The notes under the pieces: generated by a model
The model's database searches: none
What the model saw: only the letters and a program-made list of their open reading frames with translations
What the model was told of the DNA's origin: nothing
Shown here: piece by piece, positions 41,685 through 52,770 of the stretch
Layout of the letters: each line of letters begins with the position of its first letter
How positions within the stretch are numbered: position 1 is the first letter of the stretch
From: an uncultured delta proteobacterium
GTDB taxonomy: Bacteria > Myxococcota_A > Polyangia > Haliangiales > Haliangiaceae
NCBI GenBank assembly: GCA_963743525.1
Contig: CAVUQH010000005.1
Span: 64,001 to 128,000 of the forward strand
Length of the DNA: 64,000 bases
Direction: 5' to 3'
Translations under genes and position numbers: made by a program

Positions 41685-42865
41685 ATGGGCGAGGTGACGT
41701 TGGGGATTGGCGATATTCATCGGCAGCTTCGCGCGCTGGGGCGCGACCGTGCGGAGCTCGATGCGGCGGAGGCGCACTACCTTCGCGCCGGGCATGCGGT
41801 GCGGATCTGGGAGGCGTATGGCTTTGCCAGCTATGCGGCGTATTTGGAAGGCGTGCTCGGGTATGGGCGCAAGACGGCGCGCGAGCGGATCCGCATGGCG
41901 CTGGCGTTGGCGGAGCTGCCGGCGATGGCGGAGGCGCTGGCCGATGGCGAGATCGCGTGGACGCATGTGCGCGAGCTGTCGCGGGTGGCGACGGGTGATA
42001 CCGAGAACGACTGGCTGGTTGCCGCTCGCGGGCAGAGCGCGCGCGAGGTGGCCGAGATGGTCGCCGGGCTGGCGCGGGGTGATCGGCCGGGGACGATCGC
42101 GGATCGCAGCGAGCTTTTGCGGACGTTGGCGTTCGAGGTGTCGCCGGAGACGTACGCGATGGTGCGGGAGGCGATCCGGATCGCGCGGCAGTCGATATGT
42201 TCTTCGATGGGTTGGGCGATGGGTTGGGCGATGGGTTGGGCGATGGGTTGGGCGATGGGTTGGGCGATGGCTCGGGGGGCGGGCCGGTCGACGAGGATGC
42301 CGCGCTGGCGATGATCGCGCGGGGCTTTCTCGCCGCCGCGCGCGGTTCGGGCGCGGCGCGGGATGGGGACGGGAACGGGGATGCAGGCGGCGGGCGACCG
42401 GGCTATCAGGTCGCGGTGAGTCGCTGCGATGATTGCGCGCGCGTGTTCGTCGAGGCCGATGGCCGCAGCGTGCAGCTGGACGCTGCGACGGTCGCGGCGA
42501 TCGAGTGTGACCACACCCGCATTCCGGCGTCCCTCGAGGGCCGGGCGACGCAGTCGATTCCACCGTCGGTGCGGCGCGCGGTGGTTCGCGCCTTTCACCA
42601 CCGCTGTGCGGTGCCCGGCTGCGGCAACGCGACGTGGCTCGATGTGCACCACATCCGCCACCGAGCCCGCGGTGGCACGCACGCGCCGGGCAATCTGGTG
42701 CTGCTCTGCTCGACGCACCATCGGCGGGTCCACGACGGGCATCTGCAGGTGCACGGCGACGGCCAGCGTCTCCTCTTCCGCCACGGCGACGGCACGCCGT
42801 TTCGCAGCGGCCTCTTCTGGCGCTGGTCGGCGCCGACAGCGTCGGCTACCGGCTGCGGCCGGTGA
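41685..42865 (+). CDS. DUF222-like N-terminal + HNH endonuclease protein; frame break at ~42195 (pseudogene or sequence error)
   Basis: GFASYAAYLEGVLGY..ARERIRMALALAELP..GEIAWTHVREL; IPPSVRRAV..RCAVPGC..DVHHIRHRARGG.H..NLVLLCSTHHRRVH. Confidence 0.85.
42206..42270 (+). repeat. 12-bp tandem repeat (GATGGGTTGGGC)x5 inside the HNH gene
   Basis: Five exact copies plus a partial copy. Confidence 0.95.
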
Positions 42866-44222
42866 AGCGGAAGCCGCGGATGAGCAGGTGCGGCATCGTC
42901 AGCACCCCGCCGTCGCTCCACCAGGTCGGCACGTTTTCGCAGGTCGCGCCGATTCCGCCGATGCGCGACAGCGCTTCGAGCATGTGTTCGGTGAAGCGCA
43001 GGTTGCGGACGCCGCGGCCGAGCTTGCCGCCCTCGATCAGGAACGTCCCGTCGCGGGTCATGCCGGTGGTGGTGGCTTTGCGCGGATCCAACAGGCCGTT
43101 GACGTAGTGGAGGCGGGTGACCAGCAGGCCGCGGTCGACGGCGCCGATCAGCTGCTCCACGGTCGCGTCGCCGGGCTCCATCCACAGGTGGCGCACGCGC
43201 GCGCCCTCGCCGCCATCGTCGGTGACGGGCGGGGCGTGTCCGGTCGATCCGCGGTCGTCGCCCAGGCGCAGGGCGCTGATCCGATCGGTCACGACGTGGC
43301 CGCCGCGGCCCCGGTCGAGCATCACCACCTCGCGCCGGGTCGTGCCCTCGGCGTCGAACGGCGCCTCGTTGTCCGCGGCGCGTGCACGCAGGGTGACGCG
43401 CGGGTCGCACAGCTCGGTGCCTTCGCGACCGGCGAGCAGGCTGACGCCGTCGATGAGCGACGTGGCGCCGAAGCTGACCATCGACATCCACTCGAGCAGC
43501 TCGGCCACCGCGGCGGGTGCGAGCACGACGTCGTACGGCCCGGGCTCGACGTTGACCGGGTCGGCGGCGCGGCGCGCCTTGTCGGCAGCGGACGCCGCCA
43601 CCGCGGCCAGATCGAGGTCGCGGTCGGCGGGGCCGAAGTTGCCGGCGTAGCCGGAGGCGCGGCCGGGCTCGATGGCGATCATCTGCACGTCGGAGGTGGT
43701 CTCGCTGAAGCGGCGGTCGAGGCCGGCGGCGGTGCGCACGGCCATCGTCTGCCGGTGCGACTTCATGGCGCCGGCGAAGGTCACGCCCGCGGCTCGGTGC
43801 GGGGCGAACGCCTCGCTCAGCCGCGCGGGCGCGTGTGCCGCGGTGACCGCTTCGGGCAGCTCGATCTCGGCAACCTCGCCGGCGTTGCTGGCGCCGTCGG
43901 CGGCGGCGAACGTCAGCGCCACGTCGAGGGGCGGCGCCAGGCGCGCGACCTCGACGGCGGCGCGGGCGGCTTCGCGGGCGGCGTCGGGCTCGAGCGACGC
44001 GCACAGCTGTGCGCCCAGGCGGGCGGCGCCGTCGTGCTCGACGATCACGCGCACGCGCAGGGCGTCGTCGATGGTCCGGCCGACCTGGGTGAAGCGCGAG
44101 CTGGCGAAGCGGACGAAGTGGGTCTCGGCGCCCTGGTAGCTGGCTTCGGCGTCGACGGCGCCGGCCTCTTTTGCGGCGGTGATGGCGACGTCGAGGGCGT
44201 GGTTCAAGCGATCGGCAGTCAT
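42846..44222 (-). CDS. TldE/PmbA-family protein
   Basis: VEPGPYDVVLAPAAVAELL, PFDAEG, TGHA, TGMTRDGTFLIEGG..NLRF; no HExxxH. Confidence 0.9.
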   Translation of the reverse strand: MTADRLNHALDVAITAAKEAGAVDAEASYQGAETHFVRFASSRFTQVGRTIDDALRVRVIVEHDGAARLGAQLCASLEPDAAREAARAAVEVARLAPPLDVALTFAAADGASNAGEVAEIELPEAVTAAHAPARLSEAFAPHRAAGVTFAGAMKSHRQTMAVRTAAGLDRRFSETTSDVQMIAIEPGRASGYAGNFGPADRDLDLAAVAASAADKARRAADPVNVEPGPYDVVLAPAAVAELLEWMSMVSFGATSLIDGVSLLAGREGTELCDPRVTLRARAADNEAPFDAEGTTRREVVMLDRGRGGHVVTDRISALRLGDDRGSTGHAPPVTDDGGEGARVRHLWMEPGDATVEQLIGAVDRGLLVTRLHYVNGLLDPRKATTTGMTRDGTFLIEGGKLGRGVRNLRFTEHMLEALSRIGGIGATCENVPTWWSDGGVLTMPHLLIRGFRFTGRSR

Positions 44223-45706
44223 CGGGACGACCCCACTTCCACGCCGCGGAAGCGCGATGGCGCGCAGCCGTGGGCGACGCCCATCGACTGTACCGGGTCG
44301 CCCTTGCCGCACGAGGCCAGGCCCCAGATGCGCCAGGCGTCGGCGTTGCCGACCGCGTCGCAGCTGCCCCAGAAGCGGGGCGTCGATCCGGTGTACAGCG
44401 GGCTGCGCAGGATGCGGCCCAGCTTGCCGTTCTCGATCTCCCAGGCGGCCTCGCAGCCGAACTGGAAGTTGAGGCGCAGGTCGTCGATCGACCAGCTGGT
44501 GTTCTGGGTCATGAGGATGCCCCGGTCGGTGTCGGCGATCAGCGCCTCGAGCGAGCCGGGCCCATCCGGGTCGGGCTCGAGGGAGACGTTGATCATGCGG
44601 ATGATCGGCGGGCGGCTCCACGACTCGGCGCGCATGCAGCCGGCCGAGCGGCCGAGGCCGAGCGCCGCCGCGGTCTCGCGCGACGACAGGTAGCCGACGA
44701 AGGTGCCGCGGGCGACCAGCTGCGTCCGCCGTGCCGGCACGCCCTCGTCGTCCCAGCCAAACGTTCCCATGCCGCGCGGCGCCAGCGAGTCGGCGACCAT
44801 GTTGACCTTGGTTGACCCGTAGCGGAGGTGGCCCAGCTTGTCCGGCGTCATGAAGCTGGCGCCGGCCAGCGAGATTTCGTCGCCCATGGCCCGGTCGCTC
44901 TCGGTCGGGTGACCGCACGACTCGTGGATCTGCAGCGCCAGCTGCGGGGTGTCGAGAATCAGCGTGGTCTCGCCGGCGGGGCAGGGCGGCGCCGACAAGA
45001 GCGCCAGCACTTCTTCGCGCATGCGCCGGGCGTTGTCTTCCAGCGCCAGCTCGCCGACGATCTCGTAGCCGCAGCCGCCGAGGCCACCGTCGAAGTCCAT
45101 CGGCCAGGTGCGCTGTACCGAGCCGACGTCGTCGGCGGCGACGATCTTGATGCCGGCGCCGCCGAACACCAGGGTCTGCTCGACCAGGCTGCCCTCGGTC
45201 AACGCGAACAGCTTGTGCGTGCGGTGCCAGCGCTGCTGCCCGGTCACCGAGGTGATCGCCGGGTGCTCGCCGTCGCCGTCACCGGTGCGCAGGATCTCCA
45301 TGGCCCGCTCGAGGTCGGCGATGCGCTGGTCGGCGGGGACGGTGAACGGATCGATCTCCACCGGCGTCGACCAGTGGCCGTGCTGCGGTTCTTCCTCCGC
45401 CATCGGCGCGCGCTCGGTCTGCGCCGCGGCCACGCCGGCGGCGATCTCGGCGGCCAGTCGCGCGGCCGCCTCGGCGTTGGCGACGCTGGGATCGGGCGCC
45501 GCGGCAAAGCCCCAGGCGCCGTTGCGCAGGACCCGCACGCCCAGGCCGCTGGAGGTGGTCCGCGTGAGCTGCTCGACCTCGCGGTTGCGCAGGCTCAGGC
45601 GTTCGCGCTCCTCGTCGGCGACGCGGACGTCGGCGTAATCCACGCCGGGGATGCCGCGGACGGCGTCCAGGGCGGCGCGGGCGATGTCTGCTCTGTCGTC
45701 TGCCAC
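44219..45706 (-). CDS. tldD: TldD-family metalloprotease
   Basis: QIHESCGHPTE zinc motif, WDDEG, RMINVSL, CGKGDP. Confidence 0.92.
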   Translation of the reverse strand: MADDRADIARAALDAVRGIPGVDYADVRVADEERERLSLRNREVEQLTRTTSSGLGVRVLRNGAWGFAAAPDPSVANAEAAARLAAEIAAGVAAAQTERAPMAEEEPQHGHWSTPVEIDPFTVPADQRIADLERAMEILRTGDGDGEHPAITSVTGQQRWHRTHKLFALTEGSLVEQTLVFGGAGIKIVAADDVGSVQRTWPMDFDGGLGGCGYEIVGELALEDNARRMREEVLALLSAPPCPAGETTLILDTPQLALQIHESCGHPTESDRAMGDEISLAGASFMTPDKLGHLRYGSTKVNMVADSLAPRGMGTFGWDDEGVPARRTQLVARGTFVGYLSSRETAAALGLGRSAGCMRAESWSRPPIIRMINVSLEPDPDGPGSLEALIADTDRGILMTQNTSWSIDDLRLNFQFGCEAAWEIENGKLGRILRSPLYTGSTPRFWGSCDAVGNADAWRIWGLASCGKGDPVQSMGVAHGCAPSRFRGVEVGSSR

Positions 45707-45720
45707 GGCGCGGAGAATAG

Positions 45721-45806
45721 ACGCAAACGCCTCGGGCGGGAGGCGAATTTCGCCGCCCTTCGCTGGTGAGGGCGGACGAAATTCGCTCCTCGCCAGGCGT
45801 TTGCGT
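45721..45806. repeat. 86-nt imperfect palindrome in the divergent tldD/aminotransferase intergenic region
   Basis: ACGCAAACGCCT/AGGCGTTTGCGT outer stem; GCGAATTTCG/CGAAATTCGC and CCGCCCT/AGGGCGG inner stems. Confidence 0.8.
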
Positions 45807-45889
45807 TTCGTCTGGGCATTGTTGCTTCCGCGATGACGCCTCCTTTCGAGGCGTCATCGCTCGGCTCGCCGCGTGGTACATTGCAGGCA

Positions 45890-47122
45890 GTGGCGAGGCA
45901 TCCGTCCCTTTCGATCGCCGCCGACGCGCTGCCGTATTCAATCTTTGCGCGCCTGTACGAGCGGCTGGCCACCTTTCAGGGTGATGTGGTGCCGTTCCAC
46001 ATCGGCGATACCTATCTCGATCCACCCGAGGCGTCGCGGCTCGGGGCGCTGGGATTCCGCACCGACAGCGAGCCGGAGCTGTACCGCTACGCGCCGCCGT
46101 CGGGCGACGGCGACCTGATCGACGCCCTGGTCAACAAGGTCCGGCGGCAGAACCGGATGACCTTTGCCGACGCCAGCTGCGTGCAGATCACCTGCGGCGC
46201 CACCCACGCGCTGTCGTGTTGCATGCGCGCAGTGCTCGATCCCGGCGACGAGATCCTGGTGCTGGCGCCGTACTGGCCGCTCATCCGCGGCATCGCCAAG
46301 TCGTGCTCGGTGCGTCCGGTCGAGGTGCCGTTCAGCGCCAGCGAGCTGGCACAGCCGGGCGTCAACCCGGAAGCGATCATCGAGCGCCACGTCAGCGGGC
46401 GGACCACGGCCATCTACGTGTGCAACCCGAACAACCCCGACGGCAAGGTGCTGTCGCACGCGCAGCTCGGCGCCATCGCCCGGGTCGCCGAGCGCCACCA
46501 CCTGTGGGTGCTGTCCGACGAGGTCTACGAGGACATCGTCTACGACGACCTCCAGCACACCAGCATCTCGACGCTGCCGGGCATGGCCGAGCGGACCATG
46601 ACCGCGTTCTCGTTCTCCAAGAGCTACGGCCAGGCCGGGCTGCGCGTCGGCTACGTGGTCGCGCCGGCGCCGACGGCGGCCGCCGTGCGCAAGATGGTCA
46701 ACCACACCGTCTACTGCGTGCCGCGCGCCGTGCAGCGGGCGGCGCTGGCGGCCATCACCCACGGCGCACCGCACCTCGAAGACGTGCGCACCCGCTACCA
46801 GAAGGCGCGCGACCTGGCGCTGGCGCGGGTGGTGCCGCCGTGCCCGACGCCGCGCGGCTGCACCTATCTGTTCCTCGACCTGTCGAAGTGGATGCGGCCG
46901 GGCGACGACTGCGCGCTGGTCGGCGCCGGCGGGCCCAGCGTGCTCGAGCGGATGGCCGAGGCTGGCCTGCTGCTGGCGCCGGGCATCGCGTTCGGCGCCA
47001 ACTATGGCAACTGGGCGCGGCTGTGCTTCTCGTCGGTGTCCGAAGAGCGGCTCGTCGAGGGCATCGATCGGCTCAACGGCGTCCTCGCGCGGATGGAAGC
47101 CGATGCCGACGCCGGCGCCTGA
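45890..47122 (+). CDS. PLP-dependent aminotransferase class I/II; alternative start 45833
   Basis: [29 protein letters not shown]. Confidence 0.93.
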   Translation: MARHPSLSIAADALPYSIFARLYERLATFQGDVVPFHIGDTYLDPPEASRLGALGFRTDSEPELYRYAPPSGDGDLIDALVNKVRRQNRMTFADASCVQITCGATHALSCCMRAVLDPGDEILVLAPYWPLIRGIAKSCSVRPVEVPFSASELAQPGVNPEAIIERHVSGRTTAIYVCNPNNPDGKVLSHAQLGAIARVAERHHLWVLSDEVYEDIVYDDLQHTSISTLPGMAERTMTAFSFSKSYGQAGLRVGYVVAPAPTAAAVRKMVNHTVYCVPRAVQRAALAAITHGAPHLEDVRTRYQKARDLALARVVPPCPTPRGCTYLFLDLSKWMRPGDDCALVGAGGPSVLERMAEAGLLLAPGIAFGANYGNWARLCFSSVSEERLVEGIDRLNGVLARMEADADAGA

Positions 47123-48371
47123 GCCGCGCGCGGCGCTGGTCGCCCTGTTCGGCGACGTCGTCGGCGCGCTCGACCCGGCCGAGCGGGTGGCCGCAGCAGT
47201 GCGCGCGCGACTGCCGGCGGGCACGCGGGTGCGCCTCCTGGCGGTGGGCAAGGCGGCGGCGGCGATGGCGTTGGGCGCGACGTCGGCGCTGGGCGACCGG
47301 CTCGCCGGCGGTCTGGTGGTGGCGCCGGCCGTCGCCGATCTTCCTCCCGGGCTCGAGCTGCAGATCGGAGCTCATCCGCGCGCCGACGCCCGCTCGGAGG
47401 CGGCCGGCCGGGCGCTGCTCGGCGCGGCCAGCGCGGGTGGTGCCGACCGCGTGCTGATGCTGGTCAGCGGCGGCGCGTCGGCGCTGGCGGAACTGCCGGC
47501 GCCGGGGCTGGCGCTGGCCGACGTGCAGTCGCTGGTCGATCGGCTGATGGCCGGCGGCGCACCGATCGCCGACCTCAACGCCGTGCGCAAACATCTATCG
47601 GCGCTCAAGGGCGGGCGCCTGGCCGCCGCGGCGGCGGCGCCAGTGTTGACCCTGGTCTGTTCCGATGTCGTCGGCGACGACCTGGCCACCGTCGGCAGCG
47701 GCCCGACGGTTCCCGACCCGACCACCTACGCCGACGCGGTGGCGGCGTGCGCGCGCTGGGCGGCGGACGCCACCGGCCCGGCCCGCGACCACCTCGACGC
47801 CGGCGCCCGCGGCGAGCTGGGCGAGACCCCCAAGCAGGTCCGCCCCGGCGACGAGGCGATGCTGGTCGCGGGCCTCGCCACGCTGGTCGACGAGGCCGCC
47901 GCCGCCAGCCTCCACCACCTCGGTCGCCCGGCCGAGCGCGTGGCCCAACCGCTGGTCGGGCCGGTCGAAGCGGTCGCGGCGCAGGTGGCCGACTGGCTGC
48001 GCCGGCCCGGTCCGCGGGTGGTGGTCGCCGGCGGCGAGCCGACGGTGACGCTGCCGCCGGCGCCCGGCGTGGGCGGCCGCGCCCGCCAGCTGGCGCTGCT
48101 GGTGGCCGGGGCCCTGGCCGGCCGTCCCGGCTGGACCCTGCTGGTGGCCGGCTCCGACGGTATCGACGGCACCGCCGACGCTGCCGGCGCGGTGGTCGAC
48201 GGCGGCACCTGGGCGCGGGTGCGCGCCGCCGGCATCGATCCCGACCGGGCGCTGGCCGCGTGCGACGCCGGCACGGCCCTGGCCGCCGCGGGCGATGCGC
48301 TGGTCACCGGCCCGACCGGGGTCAATCACGCCGACCTGGTCGTCGGAGTCGTCGCGCCGCCTGTGGTATGA
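47103..48371 (+). CDS. Glycerate kinase type 2 (DUF4147/MOFRL)
   Basis: AVGKAA, LVSGGASAL, NAVRKHLSALKGGRL, SDVVGDD, GSDGIDG, TGPTGVNHAD. Confidence 0.92.
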   Translation: MPTPAPEPRAALVALFGDVVGALDPAERVAAAVRARLPAGTRVRLLAVGKAAAAMALGATSALGDRLAGGLVVAPAVADLPPGLELQIGAHPRADARSEAAGRALLGAASAGGADRVLMLVSGGASALAELPAPGLALADVQSLVDRLMAGGAPIADLNAVRKHLSALKGGRLAAAAAAPVLTLVCSDVVGDDLATVGSGPTVPDPTTYADAVAACARWAADATGPARDHLDAGARGELGETPKQVRPGDEAMLVAGLATLVDEAAAASLHHLGRPAERVAQPLVGPVEAVAAQVADWLRRPGPRVVVAGGEPTVTLPPAPGVGGRARQLALLVAGALAGRPGWTLLVAGSDGIDGTADAAGAVVDGGTWARVRAAGIDPDRALAACDAGTALAAAGDALVTGPTGVNHADLVVGVVAPPVV

Positions 48372-48377
48372 GCGGGC

Positions 48378-49238
<861 letters not shown>

Positions 49239-49247
49239 TTGCCACCG

Positions 49248-49934
49248 ATGCGGCGTATCCTGGTCGTGCCTTCGGCGCTCCTCGACGAGCTCGGTCCGCT
49301 CGCGCGCCATCCGGCGTTCGAGATACGGACGGCCGAGGCCAGCGAACAGGCGCTGGCGTCGACCGCCGAGTGGCCGCCGCACCTGATCATCCTCGACGGT
49401 GCCGCCGACCGCGATCCGCTGTCGCTGTGTGCGGCGGTGCGCTCCGACCAGCGCCTGACCGACACCCGGCTGCTGCTGATCTCCAGCTTCCTGCCCGACG
49501 ATGAGGTCGAGCCCGGGGTGCTCCTGGCCCAGGCCGATGCGCATCTGATCCTGCCGATCGACGACGACGTGCTGATGCGCACCGTCGGCATGTTGGTCAA
49601 CGTCAAGCCGCGCCAGCTGGCGGCGCTGAAGCGGGAGATCCTGGCCCAGGTTCGCATCGAGGCGCGGGTCGAGCTGCCGGCGCGGTCGATGCTGGCCAAC
49701 GTCCTGGCGCTGGGCGAGAACGGCCTGGTGCTCGAGTGCGAACAGGCGCTGATCGCCGGCGACGTGGTCGCGGTGTCGTTCACCTTGCCCGGACGAGGGT
49801 TGATGGAGCTGCGCTGCATGGTGCTCACCTCCGACCAGCTGCAGCTGCACTTCGGCTGTGAGTTGATCGGCTGCTCGCCGGAGGCGCGCGACGTGATCGA
49901 GGAGCTGGTCTCCGCCGCACGGGAGAGCTCGTGA
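49248..49934 (+). CDS. Atypical receiver domain + PilZ-like domain protein
   Basis: PHLIILD..LCAAVRSDQRL receiver-like half; LGENGLVLEC..VAVSFTLP..HFGCEL PilZ-like half. Confidence 0.6.
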   Translation: MRRILVVPSALLDELGPLARHPAFEIRTAEASEQALASTAEWPPHLIILDGAADRDPLSLCAAVRSDQRLTDTRLLLISSFLPDDEVEPGVLLAQADAHLILPIDDDVLMRTVGMLVNVKPRQLAALKREILAQVRIEARVELPARSMLANVLALGENGLVLECEQALIAGDVVAVSFTLPGRGLMELRCMVLTSDQLQLHFGCELIGCSPEARDVIEELVSAARESS

Positions 49935-51046
49935 CCACCCTGGGGATCGATCTCGGCACGACCAACACCGTGGGCGCGTCGCGCTTCGCGGTGCTGCCGC
50001 TCGAGCTGGAGGAGGGGGCGCCGATCTTGCCGTCGGTGGTCGCCTATCCGCCCAGCGGCGTCACCCTGGTCGGCAGTCGGGCGCGCAGGCGCCGGGCGAT
50101 CGACCCGAAGAACACCATCTACTCGTCCAAGCGGTTCATCGGCCGCCGCTGGGGAAGCGCCGAGTGCGACGAGCTGGCTCGGCGCTACCCGTTCGATCTG
50201 ACCGAGGGCGCCGACGGTGGCATCGCCTTCAAGACCCGCGGTGGCTACCTCGATGCCACCGACATCGCATCGACCATCCTGCAGACCATCCGCCGCGCGG
50301 CGGGGCAGGGGATCTCGCGGGCAGTGGTCAGCGTGCCCAGCCGGTTCGGCCGCGAGCAGCGAGATGCCACCCTCGAAGCGGTGAATCGCGCCGGCTTCTT
50401 CGAGGTCGCGCTGATCGACGAGCCGGTTGCCACCGCCACCGCCTACCTGGCCGGCGGCGTCACGCCGGTGCAATACGCCGTGGTCTACGACCTGGGCGGC
50501 GGCACCTTCGACATGGCCCTCGTCGACTGCCGCCACCGGCCGTTTCGCGTCCTCGCCCACGGCGGCGACCTGTTCCTCGGCGGCGACGACATCGATCGGG
50601 CCATCGCCGCCTGGGCTGCCGATGAGGTGTCGCGCCGCCACCGCTGGGACCTGCGCGACGACCCGCTGGTCTTCGATCGACTGGTCGCCACCAGCGAGCG
50701 GGCCAAGATCCAGCTGGCGATCGAGGGAACCGGGCGCATCGACCTGGCGTCCGTCGATCCCGCCGCGCCTGCGTCGGCCGACAGCCTCGAGCTCGACCCG
50801 CCGCTGCTCGAGTCTCTCGCTCTCGACCTGGTCTACCGCTCGTTCGTCATCTGCGACGCGGTGCTGGCCGACGCCGGCGTCCGCGCCGACCAGGTCGAGG
50901 AGGTGTTCCTCGCCGGCGGCACTACCCGGCTGCCCATGGTCCGCGGCGCGGTCGCCCGCTACTTCGGCCGTCCGCCCCGCGCCGATCACGACCCGATGGC
51001 CGTGGTCGCCCTGGGCGCCAGCCTCGCCGGCGGCGACGACTGGTAA
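49931..51046 (+). CDS. Hsp70-family protein, nucleotide-binding domain only
   Basis: GIDLGTTNT, YDLGGGTFD, LGGDDID, FLAGGTTRLP; stops at 371 aa. Confidence 0.9.
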   Translation: MTTLGIDLGTTNTVGASRFAVLPLELEEGAPILPSVVAYPPSGVTLVGSRARRRRAIDPKNTIYSSKRFIGRRWGSAECDELARRYPFDLTEGADGGIAFKTRGGYLDATDIASTILQTIRRAAGQGISRAVVSVPSRFGREQRDATLEAVNRAGFFEVALIDEPVATATAYLAGGVTPVQYAVVYDLGGGTFDMALVDCRHRPFRVLAHGGDLFLGGDDIDRAIAAWAADEVSRRHRWDLRDDPLVFDRLVATSERAKIQLAIEGTGRIDLASVDPAAPASADSLELDPPLLESLALDLVYRSFVICDAVLADAGVRADQVEEVFLAGGTTRLPMVRGAVARYFGRPPRADHDPMAVVALGASLAGGDDW

Positions 51047-51655
51047 TCAGTCGAGGAACTCGAGGAAGCGCGCCTGCAGCAGCTTGAGGCCGCGGCCGGG
51101 GAAGTCGACCTGGACCTTGCGCGTCGGGCCGGTGCCGATCTCGCGCAGCGCCTTGCCCTCGCCGAACTTACTGTGGCGAACGCGCCGTCCGGCCATGGTG
51201 CTCTCCGGCTGAAAGGCGACCAGGCGGGCGTGCAGCGGCGGCGCGTCGGCGCCTGGCGCCAGGGTCTCCAGCCAGGCGGCCAGATCGTGGTCGCGCTCGC
51301 TGCCATCGTGGAGGTCGAACTGGACCAGCGTGCGCTCGGACTTGCGCACGCACAGGATCACGCCCGGCTCGATGAGGCCGATGCCGATCAGGTCGCCGCG
51401 AGCCCCGGCTTCGCGCAGCGCGCCGGTGTGGCCGACGACGCTGCCCAGCGTCATCGCGCAGCGGTCGGCCAGGGCGCCGGAGGCAAAGCAGGCCAGCACG
51501 TCGTCGGGCAGGCGCACGCCGACCCCGGCTTCGACGCTGCGTACCCGGTCGTTGTCCAGCTCGACCGGACCGGCATCGCCGCGCAGCGCGGACAGGGCGC
51601 GGGCGACCCGTGGCGACGGCGCCAGGTCACCGGGGGCACGAGGTTCGTCGGTCAC
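51047..51655 (-). CDS. Hypothetical protein with C-terminal PcrA/UvrD-Tudor-like domain
   Basis: GRRVRHSKFGEG..KVQVDFPGRGLKLLQARFL; GTGA-coupled to the upstream gene. Confidence 0.6.
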   Translation of the reverse strand: MTDEPRAPGDLAPSPRVARALSALRGDAGPVELDNDRVRSVEAGVGVRLPDDVLACFASGALADRCAMTLGSVVGHTGALREAGARGDLIGIGLIEPGVILCVRKSERTLVQFDLHDGSERDHDLAAWLETLAPGADAPPLHARLVAFQPESTMAGRRVRHSKFGEGKALREIGTGPTRKVQVDFPGRGLKLLQARFLEFLD

Positions 51656-52770
51656 GGATGGCCGAGGCGGCGGCGCCAGGTGTCGACCTCGTGGGCGAAG
51701 CGGCCCTCGGGGTAGGTCTTGCTGTACTGGTCGAGCAGTGTGCGCGCCAGGTCGCGCTTGCCCGAGCGTGCGGCCAGGCGGGCGGCGGCGAACAGCGCGT
51801 TCTCGCCCGCCGGAGTGTCGTGGTAGACGGTGGCCACCGCCTCGTAGCCGGACAGCGCCTCGGCGACGTCGCCGGCGACCATGGCGCACTCGGCGCGCAG
51901 GGTCTCGGCTTCGGCGCGCTGGCTGCGATGCGGATGGGCCTTCAGGGCGCGGGCGATGGCGGCGCGGGCGCGGTCGACCTTGCCCAGCGCCAGCGCGCGG
52001 CGGGCGCTGGCCAGCTCGTGAGTGGCCGACGGCTGCTGCGCGGCGGGCGCTGGCGCGTCCTCGACCGTCTCTTCGGCGCCTTCGTCGGGGGCTTTCGCCG
52101 CGGCGGCGGTGTCGCCCGTGGGTGCGGCCTTCGCCGGCTGCTCGTCGGTGACGATGTCGACCAGGCCGCCTTCCACGCTCCAGCTCTGTCCGGCCTCGAC
52201 CGACGGGGCCAGGATCACGCTCTGCAGCGACTCGACCCGAACGCTGCCGCGAGTGACGCGGATGCCGTCCTGCGTCACCTCGACCCGGGCGCCGGTGGCG
52301 ACCACGGCAAAGTGCGAGGTCCGGATCCGGTACGGATGCGCGGCGTCGGCCGGCAGGTCGACCTTCACCGCGCCCTGGCTGAGCATGATGCCGTCGTGCT
52401 TTTCGCGCTCGGCGATGCGCGCCGGCTGCGTGCCCGACACCGTGACGCTGGCCCGGCCCAGCTGCAGCGTGCTGCCGGGGCGCTGGTCGCGGGCGGCACC
52501 GACCTCGTCACCGCCCTTGCGCGACAGCATCATCACGACGATCGCCGCGGCCGCGGCCATGGCCACACCGCCGAACGCCAGCGCGCGCAACGGCGAGCGG
52601 CGCCGCTCGGGCGCGGAGCTCGGCATCGGCGCCGGCTGGTCGGCCTCGGTCGGTACGGCTGCGGCCAGCGCCGCCTGGATCGCCCGTTCGCGCGCTGCGC
52701 GGGGCAGCGCCGGCTGATCGCGAGCGAGCTCCGCCAGGCGCATCAGGTCGTTGTCGCGACCGCCGGTCAC
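51652..52770 (-). CDS. Anti-sigma factor (TM + FecR-like + TPR-like)
   Basis: Single TM; LSQGAVKV..YRIRTSHFAVVATGARVEV..VTRGSVRV; C-terminal ENALF..YSKTYPEGRF. Confidence 0.8.
   Translation of the reverse strand: MTGGRDNDLMRLAELARDQPALPRAARERAIQAALAAAVPTEADQPAPMPSSAPERRRSPLRALAFGGVAMAAAAAIVVMMLSRKGGDEVGAARDQRPGSTLQLGRASVTVSGTQPARIAEREKHDGIMLSQGAVKVDLPADAAHPYRIRTSHFAVVATGARVEVTQDGIRVTRGSVRVESLQSVILAPSVEAGQSWSVEGGLVDIVTDEQPAKAAPTGDTAAAAKAPDEGAEETVEDAPAPAAQQPSATHELASARRALALGKVDRARAAIARALKAHPHRSQRAEAETLRAECAMVAGDVAEALSGYEAVATVYHDTPAGENALFAAARLAARSGKRDLARTLLDQYSKTYPEGRFAHEVDTWRRRLGHP

Noticed and set aside
41685..42865. HNH protein as IscB/Cas9-like nuclease
   Set aside because: No PLMP or RuvC motifs are visible; the architecture is DUF222-like + HNH.
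42846..47122. TldD/E + aminotransferase as a RiPP biosynthetic cluster
   Set aside because: No precursor peptide, YcaO, radical SAM enzyme or exporter nearby.
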